Part shown: positions 1 through 13,110 of the stretch, piece by piece | How the letters are laid out: the number at the start of each line of letters is the position of its first letter | Position numbering within the stretch: the first letter of the stretch is position 1 | DNA from: Octopus bimaculoides | Taxonomy: Eukaryota | Assembly (NCBI RefSeq): GCF_001194135.2 | Contig: NC_068982.1 | Span: 11,048,099-11,112,098, forward strand | Length of the DNA stretch: 64,000 bases | Direction: 5' to 3' | Translations under genes and position numbers: made by a program | The notes under the pieces: generated by a model | What the model was told of the DNA's origin: nothing | Database searches by the model: none | The model's input: the letters and a program-made list of their open reading frames with translations, nothing else

Positions 1-249
1 TTACACATTTGTAATCAAGTCGATTGAGAATAAATGCTACAATATTCTTAATTAACATTGGTCATTAAATACAAGAATACCAGCACAAAAATATATGCAT
101 AAAATTTAACTTGGATATAGCTAAGTTCGCTTATTTTTCAACATTGTGTCTGCAACGTTCCTGCTTTTTAGATTTACTGCAAACAAATTAATTGTTCATT
201 AAAAAGGAAAATCTGTGCTTAATTCTAAAGTTTAAAAACATTTAGCGCT

Positions 250-1071
250 NNNNNNNNNNNNNNNNNNNNNNNNNNNNNNNNNNNNNNNNNNNNNNNNNNN
301 NNNNNNNNNNNNNNNNNNNNNNNNNNNNNNNNNNNNNNNNNNNNNNNNNNNNNNNNNNNNNNNNNNNNNNNNNNNNNNNNNNNNNNNNNNNNNNNNNNNN
401 NNNNNNNNNNNNNNNNNNNNNNNNNNNNNNNNNNNNNNNNNNNNNNNNNNNNNNNNNNNNNNNNNNNNNNNNNNNNNNNNNNNNNNNNNNNNNNNNNNNN
501 NNNNNNNNNNNNNNNNNNNNNNNNNNNNNNNNNNNNNNNNNNNNNNNNNNNNNNNNNNNNNNNNNNNNNNNNNNNNNNNNNNNNNNNNNNNNNNNNNNNN
601 NNNNNNNNNNNNNNNNNNNNNNNNNNNNNNNNNNNNNNNNNNNNNNNNNNNNNNNNNNNNNNNNNNNNNNNNNNNNNNNNNNNNNNNNNNNNNNNNNNNN
701 NNNNNNNNNNNNNNNNNNNNNNNNNNNNNNNNNNNNNNNNNNNNNNNNNNNNNNNNNNNNNNNNNNNNNNNNNNNNNNNNNNNNNNNNNNNNNNNNNNNN
801 NNNNNNNNNNNNNNNNNNNNNNNNNNNNNNNNNNNNNNNNNNNNNNNNNNNNNNNNNNNNNNNNNNNNNNNNNNNNNNNNNNNNNNNNNNNNNNNNNNNN
901 NNNNNNNNNNNNNNNNNNNNNNNNNNNNNNNNNNNNNNNNNNNNNNNNNNNNNNNNNNNNNNNNNNNNNNNNNNNNNNNNNNNNNNNNNNNNNNNNNNNN
1001 NNNNNNNNNNNNNNNNNNNNNNNNNNNNNNNNNNNNNNNNNNNNNNNNNNNNNNNNNNNNNNNNNNNNNNN
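250..1071. other. Assembly gap (N run)
   Basis: Continuous N run. Confidence 0.99.
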
Positions 1072-1354
1072 TATATATATATATATTGTGTAATTACAAG
1101 TTTAACTATTAACATAAATGGAGAATAATTTTATTCTGTGTTTATATGTATGAAAAATTAAAAAATAATGACGATACGTTTTCACAGGGTAAATGTGTAT
1201 GTATCATGCATATATATATAGATATATATACATACATATACATATATATATGTGTGTGTGTGTGTTTTGAGGTAACTTCTCAAAGTAGATATCAACCAAA
1301 TTTCACTCTCTCTCCATTTTTCTCTCTTTCACTCTCTCTCTCTATCGCTCTTTG

Positions 1355-1391
<37 letters not shown>

Positions 1392-1430
1392 TCTCTATCT
1401 ATCTATCTCTATCTCTCCCTCTGGTACATC
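1072..1430. repeat. Compound (AT)n/(GT)n/(CT)n microsatellite region
   Basis: Dinucleotide tracts read directly, separated by short unique stretches. Confidence 0.85.
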
Positions 1431-1699
1431 CGAAGCTATAATTGAAGAAGACACTTGCTGAAGGTGTTGTGCATTGTGATCAAACCCACGGGGTCGTGAA
1501 AGGAACTTCTTGGTACAGAGACATATCTGTGCCAATGCAAAGAGAGGATTCAAGAATCAATTGCATGAACCAAATGTTGTTACAGGAACCAGCTGACTGC
1601 CTGATACCGAATGAAGTCTACCACGAAGCGGAAAATTGTGAAAGAGTTGTTCATGAGTCGGGTAGATCACTTCACAACATTTTTCCAGTTCTCTGTGCT

Positions 1700-1790
1700 C
1701 TGCGTTCAAATTCCGCCCAGACCAATTTTGTATTTCATCCCTTCAAGGTGCATAAAAGACGAAACGAATGAAGTACTCGGGAAGAGTTGA
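1700..1790 (+). mobile_element. SINE family A, decayed internal fragment
   Basis: GTTCAAATTCCGCCCAGACCAATTTTGTATTTCATCCCTT resembles the family-A motif GTTCAAATTCCGCCGAGGTCGACTTTGCCTTTCATCCTTT seen in many copies here. Confidence 0.55.
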
Positions 1791-2125
1791 CTCTATCTCT
1801 CTTTCTCACTCTCTCTCCCTCCCTCTCGCTCTCTTACTCTCCCTGTGTATCTCTCTCTCTGTTTCTCTTTCTCCCTCTTTCTCCCTCTTTCTCTCTCCCC
1901 CTTGCTCTCTCTCACTTCCTCTCACTCTCTCTTTCTCTTTCTCTTTCGCTCTTTCTCCCTCCCTCTTTCTCTCTCTCCTACTCTCCCCCTGTGCGTGTGT
2001 GTCTCTCTTTGTTTCTCTTTCTCCCTCCTTCACTCTCCTACTCTCCCTCTGTGTGTGTGTATCTCTCTTTGTTTCTCTTTCTCCCTCTTTCTCTCTCTCC
2101 CCTTGTTCTCTCGTTCTTGCTCTCA

Positions 2126-2155
<30 letters not shown>
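1790..2155. repeat. CT-rich low-complexity tract with ~58-bp higher-order duplication
   Basis: Polypyrimidine tract; unit CTCCTACTCTCCC..TGTG..TCTCTCTTTGTTTCTCTTTCTCCCTC repeated at about 1975 and 2033. Confidence 0.9.
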
Positions 2156-2156
<1 letters not shown>

Positions 2157-4384
2157 AACCAGCTACCCAAAGTTGCCAAGGAATTCTTTAATCTTTTAGC
2201 CACCACTCTATCAACCCGGCAAGCAAACGCAACCGTCTGCCTTCCTCTTAGAAATGATTCTGGACAGCACCAAAAATGTAAATACAATGACTAAAAAATA
2301 TACTTGCAAATCTAAAACTCTGCTTTATGAATTTTCTAATTCAGAGTTACAAAAAATGATAACAAATATGTAATTTGACACAATTCAACATAGTAGGTTT
2401 TATTTTTAGACTGCAAAACTTTTACATATGTAATTCCATTTTTATTATCTTACATTGACAGTGGTGAACAATAGCACCATTGATTCCAGGTTTCCAGTTA
2501 CTCAATCATTGATTCAGTTGTATTTTTGACGGTGAACGTGACAAAAGTATTTATGCAACGCGGTGAAGAACAAGTCTCGTAAGAGACTTCGTTTGAGAGT
2601 CACTGGATTTTTTGTTTTCCCGCTGGTGTTTGCATCCTATGCACCTGCGAAAGTTCCATGTACGAAAACACACATACATATATGTACATATTTTCTATTT
2701 TCTCTCCCTGTTTATTTTTGTGTTCCTTTCTGTCGAATAACGTAGGCTCGAAAGGTAAAAGATTTTCTCACTTCCCGAGCGTTAAATTAATACATCTGTT
2801 TCTTGTTTACACACCCGTCTTCGTCTTGTTTTTTTGTAAATTCTCACTACATATATATATATAAATGTGTGTGTGTGTGTGTGTGTGTGTGGTATGGAAT
2901 TGGGAAGACCATGGTTTGAATGAGTACTCGATACACATGTTAGAAAGAGACGATGTGCTTTTTAGTCGTAAAAGGACTTACGGGGAACTCATCGGTTTCA
3001 GCGTATCTAGGGACATTTATGTACATATGTGTGTGTGAGAGAGAGAGAGGGGGAGATAAAGAGAAAGAGAGAGGGAGCCAGTCAGATAGATAGACAGACA
3101 GACAGAGATCATTTCGATGGGTTTTCACAGTTCCATGCTACAATTCTCAACTCAAAAATTGAGACTACAAAAGAAAGCATTTTACTCATAGTGCCGTCCA
3201 GAACATAGCGCAGAACCATGTGGAGCCAAGCAAACTTTGTAACCACAGAGAAATTCCTGTGTCCTGACAATACGAAAAATTCACAAAGATTCAATTAGAA
3301 ACAGTTTTCTTACTAAACATCGAATTAGGAATTTATCAATTGCTGATTTGTTTCATTTACAAGTTCGAACAATTTCGCTAATATATATGTGTGCGTGTGC
3401 ACGCGCGCGTCTTTATACGTGTTGATATTTGAAAACTCATTGGGTCTTTATAGCAACATCCAATTACATAGCAAAACCTCTAAGAGATAATTTCGGTGCA
3501 ATTCTAAATTAATAAGTCAATTTTCCAACATAAATAAAAATGCTCGATCAAAGCAATTTATTGGAAATAGAATATCGTCTGTTGTCTTTGCCTCGAGAAT
3601 AGAAAAATGATGGGCGTTTTAATGGAAGTGCCCTAAGCGCTGCTGCTGATTGTCACTGCACTGAAAGCTGATAAAATGTTACGTTGTATGATTATAAAAT
3701 GATTAAGCCTATTTAATTGTATGTAAGCCGAACCAATATAGCAAGTAATTAAAGACACAGTTGCACATATGGCTAATATTATATTTTCAGAGAAATAAGA
3801 TTGGCCTCTAACCTATATTAGCGTTCCAGCATTGATAGTATGAGATTACTGAAACTGATGGGGGTTTTTTGTGTTGATCTCAATAGCAGTAGTTGAATAA
3901 TTAAGGACGTACGGAAGATACGGCAGGTCAAATGAAATAAAATGTGCGATAAATGATTACCACATTGTAAAGATAATCTTCTGTCTAAATTAAGAAGTTT
4001 ATAACAAAGTTCAGAAATAAGGTAATGAATAATATATATATATATATATACGTGTGTATATATATATGTGTATGTACGATATATAAATCTAACCAGTTCA
4101 ATGACAACTAATTTCAAAGCGTTTGAATAAGAATTCATCATCATAGTCAACATCACCATCATTGTTATTGTTCGATAGTTTCAGGTTCCTACAGCATCGC
4201 TTTCTATTGCATCACCTGCTTTATCTCCGTGTTCCTGAAGAGTGTGCAGCATTGTGTGTGTTCTTGTTTCGTTGGTGTTGTTATTGTATTTGCATCAGTT
4301 TGTTATGTTATGAGATTTCGCTTGAGTCGCTTGTTTTGTTAGTGTTTGTATTGCGTGCTGTGTGTATAATATGCGTTGTGTTAA

Positions 4385-4620
4385 TGGCAACGAGCTGGCA
4401 GAAACGTTAGCGCGCCCGGCGAAATGCTTCGCTGCATTTCGTCAGCCGCTACGTTCTGAGTTCAAATTCCGCCGAGGTCGACTTTGCCTTTCATCCTTTC
4501 GGGGTCGATAAAGTAAGCACCAGTTACGCACTGGGGTCGATGTAATCGACTTAATCCCTTTGTCTGTTCTTGTTTGTCCCCTCTATATTTAGCCCCTTGT
4601 GGGCAATAAAGAAATAAGAA
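4385..4620 (+). mobile_element. tRNA-derived SINE family A, full length, tail type ...GGGCAATAAAGAAATAAGAA
   Basis: Head GGCAACGAGCTGGCAGAAACGTTAGC, B-box-like GAGTTCAAATTCC, shared body; >20 related copies in the window. Confidence 0.9.
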
Positions 4621-4811
4621 AGGTTAGCGCGCCGGGCAAAATGCTTAGCGGTATTTCATGTGTCTTTACGTTCTGAGTTCAAATTCCGCCTAAGTCGACT
4701 TTGATTTTCATCTTTCGGGGTCGATAAAATAAGTACCAGTTGATCACTGGGTCGATGTAATCTATTTATTCCCTCCCCCGAAATTACTGGCCTTGTGCCA
4801 AAACTTGAAAC

Positions 4812-4848
<37 letters not shown>
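4621..4848 (+). mobile_element. SINE family A lacking its first ~20 nt, tail ...GGCCTTGTGCCAAAACTTGAAACC(ATT)n
   Basis: Starts at AGGTTAGCGCGCCGGG directly after the previous copy; ends in (ATT)n. Confidence 0.9.
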
Positions 4849-5398
4849 GAGTGAGAAAGCAGTGTATGCCATCAAAGTGACACCCGGGTAAAATATACGA
4901 AGCCAAATATACCCATCATGACTACCTGTCTGATAAAGGTACACCGGACACATGCATCACAACCATATGTGCGCGACATGGTGATCTCATATCAAGATAA
5001 ACAGCGCATCACCTTGAAGGTGGGACCCAGTTAGAATTTTCTTCAGGTCAAGTAGCCCATCCCGCTCAAAATTTTCCAGAATAATGTTTGTTTTAAGTAT
5101 GATGAACAAAACACCCATGTTTTCAGGGATGAATTCTTCAAACCCCAAAGAATTCCTCTCAGCACATGGCTATGATGCTCCCCCACTACTTCTGCTCGTG
5201 ATCAGAGATGCACATATCCTCAGCTACTAAGAGACATGCTCAACTGGTTAAGGTCAAGCAACTGACAAGCAAATCTGTGGTATTGAGCAGAATATATGCT
5301 GTAGCCCAGCTTTTATACCAAGACAAAACGATGTACATGATAACGCTTCCAATCAGTTAAGATCAGAAGCCATGAGAGCCACTGCCTGGTACCGCATC
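4849..5398. mobile_element. Unclassified ~550-bp interspersed element inserted in an (ATT)n/(GTT)n tract
   Basis: Complex-sequence block with sharp edges and trinucleotide repeats on both sides; only one copy in the window, so repeat status is inferred. Confidence 0.45.
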
Positions 5399-5448
5399 AT
5401 TATTGTTGTTGTTGTTGTTATTATTACTGCTGTTGTTATTATTATTAT

Positions 5449-5590
5449 TTCCGCCTAGGCCGACTTTGTCTTTCATCCTTCCAGGGTCGATAAAATAAGT
5501 AACGGTTGAGTACTGGGTCGGACGTAATCGACTTACCCCACTCTCCTAAAATCGCTGGCCTTGTGTCAAAACATGAAACTGTTATTATTA
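5449..5590 (+). mobile_element. SINE family A, 3' half
   Basis: CCGCCTAGGCCGACTTTGTCTTTCATCCTT...GTCGATAAAATAAGT...GGCCTTGTGTCAAAA. Confidence 0.8.
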
Positions 5591-5594
5591 CGAT

Positions 5595-5810
5595 AAAGTG
5601 GTGAGTAAGACGGATCCTTAGAATGTGGGACAAAATACCTGGTGGTGTTTCTTCCGGATCTTTACGATCTGAGCTCAATTCCTGTTGGAATCAACTTAGA
5701 GTCGATAAAATTAAGTACCTATCAAGCACTTGGTCAATAATATCAACTATTTCCTCTCCCCACAAAATTACAGGCCTTGTGTCTAGAATAGAAAGATTTA
5801 TTATTATTGC
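5595..5810 (+). mobile_element. SINE family A, strongly decayed
   Basis: TTTACGATCTGAGCTCAATT, GTCGATAAAATTAAGTACC and tail GGCCTTGTGTCTAGAATAGAAAG. Confidence 0.6.
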
Positions 5811-8399
5811 CTTCATCATTATTAGTATTACGTTTTTAGCTACTCTACGTATTTCTTTTAGCTCTACCAAATGGTGGATTTTTACCTAATGAAACTAGAT
5901 GGAAAGACATTTTTAAAGAGGAACTTCCAGATAGAGAGACAATGCAAATTTAATTGATTGCATTAATTCTTACGCGTTTGGATTTTTTTTTAAATAACAA
6001 AAAATACTTCAATTTGCGACAGAGTAATTTTTCTCTTCTGGTAGTCGTAAACAAACAAAGCAGTATTTAAAAGCATCAAAAAAATTTCGCATGAAGACAA
6101 GTCTGTTTTTTTGCAGACAACAGACAGAAGCAAAAAGAAAAATGTATTTATGTTGCAAGTAACAAATAAGAATTTCCTGGCATAAAACAATTCTGAAGAT
6201 TTTTAAAGATTCGATTAATGATAACAAGAGCGGCATTAGACCCCCGCGTAAATTTCGAGAGAGTGAATCCTAAGTCTGGATTATCCTTCGGAGAAAAAGT
6301 CTGCTTGGAAAAGCTGCGTGATAAAGTACGATGGACCAATACCTTTGCCCCTTATTGAACAACGTTAAAGAGAAAATAATTTACCTCTGCATAGATATTA
6401 TGATTTTTATCACGCTTAGCAAAGAGTAATTACCAGAGATTTTGATAAACGTATGGAATAGCATATGCTCAGTCGCTTGAGACAGATACAATGGAACAAT
6501 ATGCGTAATTATTCAAAGCAAAAGATAGAATTTAAGAAAAAAAGACAGACATAGCTAGTGCGTTACACAACTGCCTACAAACCAGTGTCACAATACTGAT
6601 GGAGAGCAGACACCACAAGAGTCAAAGTAAGAGATATTTATTAGTGACGACATTCATCTTTGGTGTGTCTTCATTTTTCTGATGCAAAAACGGGCAGATT
6701 GTAAACGTCGAAACAGACAAACCAACATATGATTGGATGGAGACCATAGAGAAATTGCGGAACTGTTCCCTGTTGAGAGTACAGGAAAATGCAATGAGAT
6801 AAATGATACGGAGTAGATATCCTATGAAGGGATGCTGAAAACTTCTTGGCTTTGAGCAAAAGAAAATACAGGAGGATCAGTTAATTATGATTTTATTCAA
6901 CACATTTCCCTCTCAAATTCACACACTTATTGCAGCGGTCCTTCAGCTTTTCTAAGCCCTGTAAAAGAACTCAGATGGTTGGGCGTCCAACCAGGCCTTT
7001 CGCGACACCCTTAAAGCCAGGAACATATTACGCTTATATCAATAAGATCCTCTTGAGGGTTTCCTGCCCTGAGTAACTAGAAAACAGAGACAGTAACGGA
7101 ACCAATAGATGTTGCATATATTATCTTATTCAGCCTTATGATAATGACATAGCGTCTGTTTTATAAATTACAAGTTTCTCAGGTTGCAGGTTGTATTTTT
7201 TATTGTTGAGAATTTCTTACTTTGGTCCATTGAAAGATATTCTGTTCTTTGCCATTATTGAATTATTTCTGTCTTTAGATTGTTATGGTTTCCTATTCTT
7301 AATTTTTCTTTCATTTCTCTTCATTTATAGTTTTGTTCAAGTTATTTTTTGTTAGTTATACTCTGTAGATGTTCTAAGATTTCGGTCTGTTTGGTTTTGT
7401 ACTTACTAGTTCTATCTGCGTTATTTACTTTCTCAATGGTATTTCTGTGAGTCCATTTTTTTTTTCTGTTTTGTTACTTTGGTTTTATAGTCTTTCTTTC
7501 TTCCTTTTAAATCTTCTATTTACGTTAATGATATTTCTTTCATTTTGAGAGCATATCTTTTTTAAGTTTACTATTCTTCTGAGGCTTTGTGTTACATTTA
7601 AATTCAAATTTCATACAAGTACATTGTCGTAGTTTAGGGGGCGGTCGAAAGTCGCCAAACAGAAACATATTTCCCTCGAATCCATTCATGAATTTTCTAT
7701 TTGTTTTATTTGCAAGACTTGAAGAATAAATTCCGGCGCTTTGTTAAGATTGATATCATATTTGTCCAGATACCGACTTATATGCTTTGGGCGATGTCAA
7801 GTTCTGCACGCATGCGCCATTTATCATTCAAAGCGCTCGTTCCCCCTTTTCTTCACTTTAAGTTGAACGATACGTTATATATTTGTATAATGTGTAATTG
7901 TTTTATACTGTGGTGAAGAACGGAATCAATTTACACGTGGTGTTAGATTGAATATCATGAACGTGTGTGTTACATTAATCATTCGTGGTTATCAGCAATA
8001 AATTTTACAAGTGCTGCGCACGCAGTTTTCCTTCAATATTTTCGATATTTATTTCTATTTAATGATGTTTTTCAATTACTGGATATTTTCCTGGGCAGTC
8101 AAGCAATTTGTTCATGATAAATGTCAAGTACTGGGGGTGGTTATGATTGACTAACACCTTCCACTAAATTCATTATAGCCATGTACCTACAGTAGAGAGT
8201 TGATGTCCATAGATCAGCGAGGAAAGAGCGATTAGAAGAATTGATGAGGTTTCTTCACTCTGAGGAGAAAAGAGCCTTAACAGGTCAACTTTGGATCCCT
8301 TCCAGCTTTGGATCCTTTTACGATAACTCAAATAAATAGCATCTAAGTATTTTTTTGTCAATCAACTTGACTACATCCGCAACCAAACTGGATAACTTT

Positions 8400-8620
8400 A
8401 TAAGGCGGCGAGCTGGCAGAAAAGTTAGCACGCCGGGAAAAATGCTTCGCGACATTTCATCCGTCCTTACGTTCTGAGTTCAAATGCCACCGGGGTCGAC
8501 TTTGCCTTTCATCCTTCGGGGTCGATAAAATAAGTGCCAGTTGAGGACCGGGTTCGATATAATCAACATATGCCCTCTCCGAATTTGCTGACCTGGAACC
8601 AAAATTTTAAACCATTATTG
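8400..8620 (+). mobile_element. SINE family A, full length
   Basis: TAAGGCGGCGAGCTGGCAGAA head through ...AAATTTTAAACCATTATT tail. Confidence 0.9.
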
Positions 8621-9094
8621 TAGTTGTTGCTGTTATACGTTAATTGTTATTCTCTGCAGTCTTGCCAATCAGTATTTTTTCTGACATTCTCACCTTATCA
8701 AAGAAATCTGTTATTTCCAACAGAACTGAGACATTATCATTCATCAAATTATGAGTTGTTCTTTATTATAAATATCTTTTAATAGAGAATATTTTTACTT
8801 ATTTCAGAGAACAAGATATGAAAGTCGAGTTTATTACCCATTTTCCAAAATCAAGGCAACAAAATCAGGATAAATCAAGCGAAACATGTATGAGAATTGA
8901 AACAGAGACACGTACTTAGCTCGAAGAGCGAGCGCTTAACAAAAGGGGGATCACGTGTTCTATTTCATATTGTTTATTTTTATTTTCAAAATCAATATCA
9001 CTTTCTAAGTATTTGAAAGACTTTTATTATTTTACTGAAAGTCGAAAGTGAATAACTGTGTGTTACATGAAGAGACACATCAATGTATCCCCAA

Positions 9095-9095
<1 letters not shown>

Positions 9096-9158
<63 letters not shown>

Positions 9159-9192
9159 TAACAACAACAACAACAACAACAACAACAATAAC

Positions 9193-9235
<43 letters not shown>
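9096..9235. repeat. (AAT)n/(AAC)n microsatellite
   Basis: Read directly. Confidence 0.97.
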
Positions 9236-10249
9236 TTTCTACATAACTTCATTTGATTTTGTAAATTAACGATCTGGTGTGTTTACTTTTTTGGCCTGTA
9301 CACTGAATTCTTTTGCCCCAGGTGTCAGGAAGACACTTGCCAAGAAATGGAAATGAATATAAAAGAAGAAAAACTAATAACAACAACAACAACACCATCA
9401 GAAATGTGAAAGGGTTAAACTCTTCTACATTAAAATCAACATGGCTGAAATTCCCTCTAGTATATCAATCGATAAATATATTCTGAAAAAAATACATAGA
9501 AAATGTGATTTCTAATTTTTTAGATTAAAATGAAATATTACATTAGATGCACTTAGCATTGGTAGCAACAGGGCCTTTACATTATTGCTGGCGAAAAAAA
9601 CTTACTTTGCAACGATTAAATCCATAGAGCGTCTCTGCAAGGGAGAGCGTATAGAAAACTTAGCATTTAGAGATCAATAAAATTTAATGGAAATTTGAAG
9701 CATCTAAAAAAAAGACTATACTAAAATATTCGTTCTTTGTAAGTTTTCAAAATGGTCTTTATTCTGATCTGTAATGACTGCTAAAATACTCGTTCTTTAA
9801 CTCTAATGAAGACGAATACACAAAAAGGTATAAAGAAGCAATCATAACAGATAGTTTACAGTGTTACTGCAGCAATATTTAAAACGAATTTTTATTTTGT
9901 AAACTCTTGTGTGTAGTTTATACATATATGATTATATTATGTGTCGCGAAATTTTCAAACTGCATTTAATTATTTTAATATATGAAACATAAATTCTATT
10001 ACCAAATACAATCCTATATATCGTTAGATAAAAGACGTGTTCTATAAGTGAAACATTGCTTTCTGGTTGAAATTACTAAGATGTTTTTCTAATTTTAAAC
10101 TTTTACCATTGATAAACAAAAAATATTGTTGAAACTAGTTTGGTATATATGTAAAAAATGTATTTTAAACATTCACGAGGTTTTGAAATTTAGGTGCATT
10201 TTCAACAACACATTTTCCTATATATATATATATATAAATAACGTGAATT

Positions 10250-10345
10250 AAAGCGTCTTGCTCAAGAACACAACTCGTCGTCGGCAATCGAACTTATGAC
10301 TTTACTATCGTGAGCCGTACACCCCTAACCCCTAACAAGCCTTCA
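10250..10345 (-). mobile_element. SINE family B, partial head
   Basis: GTCTTGCTCAAGAACACAAC...AATCGAAC matches the minus strand of the copy at 21938-22260. Confidence 0.6.
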
Positions 10346-10473
10346 CTCTCCAATGATATCGTCAGTAGCTTGTAGCATGGGTTGTTGAGAATTCTCCTTT
10401 TTTCCTAACATATGTATGTTTGTTAGGATTAAGTAACGCGTAATAAATATTTACTGGTGAAAATACTCGATTT

Positions 10474-10531
<58 letters not shown>

Positions 10532-10619
10532 AGGCTTCACTGTAACTTTAAGTTTGGCCTCGTGTGGCGTATTTAAACAATGTGAATATACCTTGAGAGG
10601 ATTATATCAAAATGTAGGA

Positions 10620-10960
10620 TTACTATGTTTCGCTAATTATAACCATATATTCTGGATAGAATTTTGAAAGACGCAGACATTTTCATCAAAACCTTAAGCA
10701 TAGCTATAACCTTAGAAGTTAACATTAATATGTCATCTTCGTAGATGTTACTCTTAATTTAAGTAATGGTCTCTACAACCGATATAGAAAACCTACCGAA
10801 TCATTAAAGTCATGTTAATAAATAGTCTAACCACACAAGATCAATAACAAAGAGCTTAGTTAAGAACTTTTCTCTTAGAATATCCAAGGTTTCCGCTAAT
10901 GAGCACCATTTTAATGACCATTTCTCGCATTATAACGCGGCATTACTTAGATGAAGGTTT
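10620..10960 (+). mobile_element. Penelope-like element, decayed RT C-terminal/thumb fragment
   Basis: Manual translation: FVDVTLNLSNGLYNRYRKPTESLK, frameshift, HVNK*SNHTRSITKSLVKNFSLRISKVSANEHHFNDHFSHYNAAL; fits the PLE pattern FLDVTLNL..G.Y.PYRKP...YV...SNHP.....RIS.LS. Confidence 0.8.
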
Positions 10961-11245
10961 CTAACTATTTTCTGATAACGTTGAGATAACCGAAATTTAT
11001 GTAGAAAAATGGTTGTACAATACGCCTCACGTAATTTAAAAGTAGTAAACTCAATGACTAACGAATATTGTTTTTCATTATAATAAGCATTTCCTTTCGA
11101 CACAAATTTCTCTATCAGCACCATAAATTTTTTATTTGAAATGCTGTGATCCTATCCTACTCCACTACACCTTAGTTTCATCTAACCTGACTAAATTAAA
11201 CCAAAATAGATTTAGTGATGGCAGTTACAGCTATTTTACTATATA

Positions 11246-11635
11246 TTGTTGTTGTTGGCACTCCGTCGCTTACGACGTCGAGGGTTCCAGTTGATCCGAT
11301 CAAACGGAACAGCCTGCTCGTGGAATTAACGTGCAAGTGGCTGAGCATTCCACAGACACGTGTACCCTTAACGTAGTTCTCGGGGATATTCAGCGTGACA
11401 CAGTGTGACAAGGCTGACCTTTTGAATTACAGGCACAACAGAAACAGGAAGTAAGAGTGAGAGAAAGTTGTGGTGAAAGAGTACAGCAGGGTTCGCCACC
11501 ATCCCCTGCCGGAGCCTCGTGGAGCTTTAGGTGTTTTCGCTCAAGAAACACTCACAACGCCCGGTCTGGGAATCGAAACTGCGATCCTACGACCGCGAGT
11601 CCGCTGCCCTAACCACTGGGCCATTGCACCTCCAC
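11246..11635 (-). mobile_element. tRNA-derived SINE family C, full length, low divergence
   Basis: Minus strand has A-box TGGCCCAGTGG and B-box-like GTTTCGATTCC, and ends ...GACGGAGTGCC(AAC)n; near-identical to 61267-61560. Confidence 0.9.
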
Positions 11636-11779
11636 TTTACTATATAACTAAAGCACGTAACTGTCCCCTTAACTCGTATTGCTTAGCTAAAGAAACAGTC
11701 CACAATGTTTGCTGGAAAACACCTCTAATAAGACACATTTCAGCTTAACTGCTAATTATCCTTTTTAAACAATGTCAAC

Positions 11780-12215
11780 ATGCGCATGTTGTGAAATTTG
11801 TGTTGTTACCCATCAACGTTATCAAAGCTTTTGAGCGTGTCTGCCACGCGAGCCTTCTGTTAAAATTGTCCTCATGGGCTTCATCCATCTTTCATCCAAA
11901 GAAAGGCCATTCAACTGATTATCGCAGACACGCTCCACTATCTGGTCTACATAAGTACCGTCTTATTTCTCTGTCGTTTCGATCATGATTTACAATGGCC
12001 TGTTCTGCTCAGAACGAGTTGTCTTATTACAAATCACTTCCACTCAGGCACTCTCGATTCATTCGTTTCTTCTCCTAACAATGTCGTGATAAACCCACAA
12101 GCCCTACACTAGCTATTAATTAATTACCTCTGCGCTCCTGTTCTTTTCCCACCGTTGATGGCTTTTCAGTTTAAGCAGGATGTCAACCGCATTAATCACA
12201 AACTGGCATTATAGG
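11780..12215 (+). mobile_element. Jockey/CR1-group LINE remnant (RT motif fused to 3' end, internally deleted)
   Basis: VLLPINVIKAFERVCHASLLLKLSSW resembles the RT motif ALDISKAFDRVWH..LL.KL; downstream TTTCAGTTTAAGCAGGATGTCAACCGC gives the FK..VNR C-terminal motif. Confidence 0.6.
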
Positions 12216-12325
12216 GTTTATAAAGACTATGAGCAGAAGTCTTCCAGACACAGAAATTAAGAGAAAATTATATTTACCAATTCTTGTTACATCCTGATTA
12301 AATTAATGCCTAATTAAATAAAGTT

Positions 12326-12672
12326 TAGAAAACAGATCCCCTTCGGTCATGAATAATCATGGGATTGCACCCTAAAAAGTTCCCCTCCGAGGTACAAGTC
12401 CGAGCAAGGTTGTTTATGGAAGACCAGCAGTCGCTCATGCATACTAGTCTCCCCTCTCCCCACGCCACCGATGTTATCCAAGGGGAAAAAAACATACGCC
12501 GACACAGCTTAGCAGCAGTGACGTTGCAACTCATTTCTACAGCTGAGTAAACTGGAGCAACGTTAAATAAAGTGTCTTGCTCAAGAACACAACACACAGC
12601 CCGGTCAAGGATTCGAAATCACTATCTGATAATTGTGAGCCCAGTGCTCTACCCGCTGAGCCATGCACCTTC
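12326..12672 (-). mobile_element. tRNA-derived SINE family B (CORE-like central domain), full length
   Basis: Reverse complement of the 21938-22260 copy; includes TGTGTTCTTGAGCAAGACACTT...CTCAGCTGTAGAAATGAG. Confidence 0.9.
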
Positions 12673-13009
12673 AAATTGCATAGCTCTACAAAATATTACC
12701 TTGGTCTTTTTAATAACCTAGAATATTATTCTAAATAATTTGTCTTTGATATAAATAACGCTAGAGATAATATTTATAACATAAGCCTTTAATATCCATA
12801 ATAACTTTTACTAATAACTATAAAGTTAAATTATCAAAGCGTAGAATTACTTAAGTTGACAGGATTTAATAATGAGGAAACTAATGACGTCTCGGTAATG
12901 TATTTATCAGTTTGTGATTTATATGTATGTATATATATATATATTACGTTTATATATATACTCGCGTACATGTTTAGTTATAGCTTATATGTTTATAGTA
13001 AAATAGAGA

Positions 13010-13110
13010 CAAACTCGACAGAATTTGAACTCAGGACGCAAAGCCGTACGAAACTCCGCTAAGCATTTTGCACGACATGCTAACACCCCTTTCAGCTCCC
13101 TACCTTAATA
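13010..13110 (-). mobile_element. SINE family A, 5' part
   Basis: GAATTTGAACTCAG...CCGCTAAGCATTTT...TGCTAAC. Confidence 0.7.

Noticed and set aside
2725-2850. Possible Penelope-type terminus with hammerhead remains (CTGTCGAATAACGTAGGCTCGAAAGGT)
   Set aside because: The core and stem III are too mutated to support the call from this copy alone.
8196-9356. Possible small exons (RVDVHRSARKERLEELMRFLHSEEKRAL at 8196; EQDMKVEF.. at 8808; VRKTLAKKWK* near 9322)
   Set aside because: Splice signals and phases can be made to fit, but I recognise no protein. Parts resemble SINE motifs (AGGTCAACTTTG; GAAGACACTTGCC). RNA-seq would be needed.
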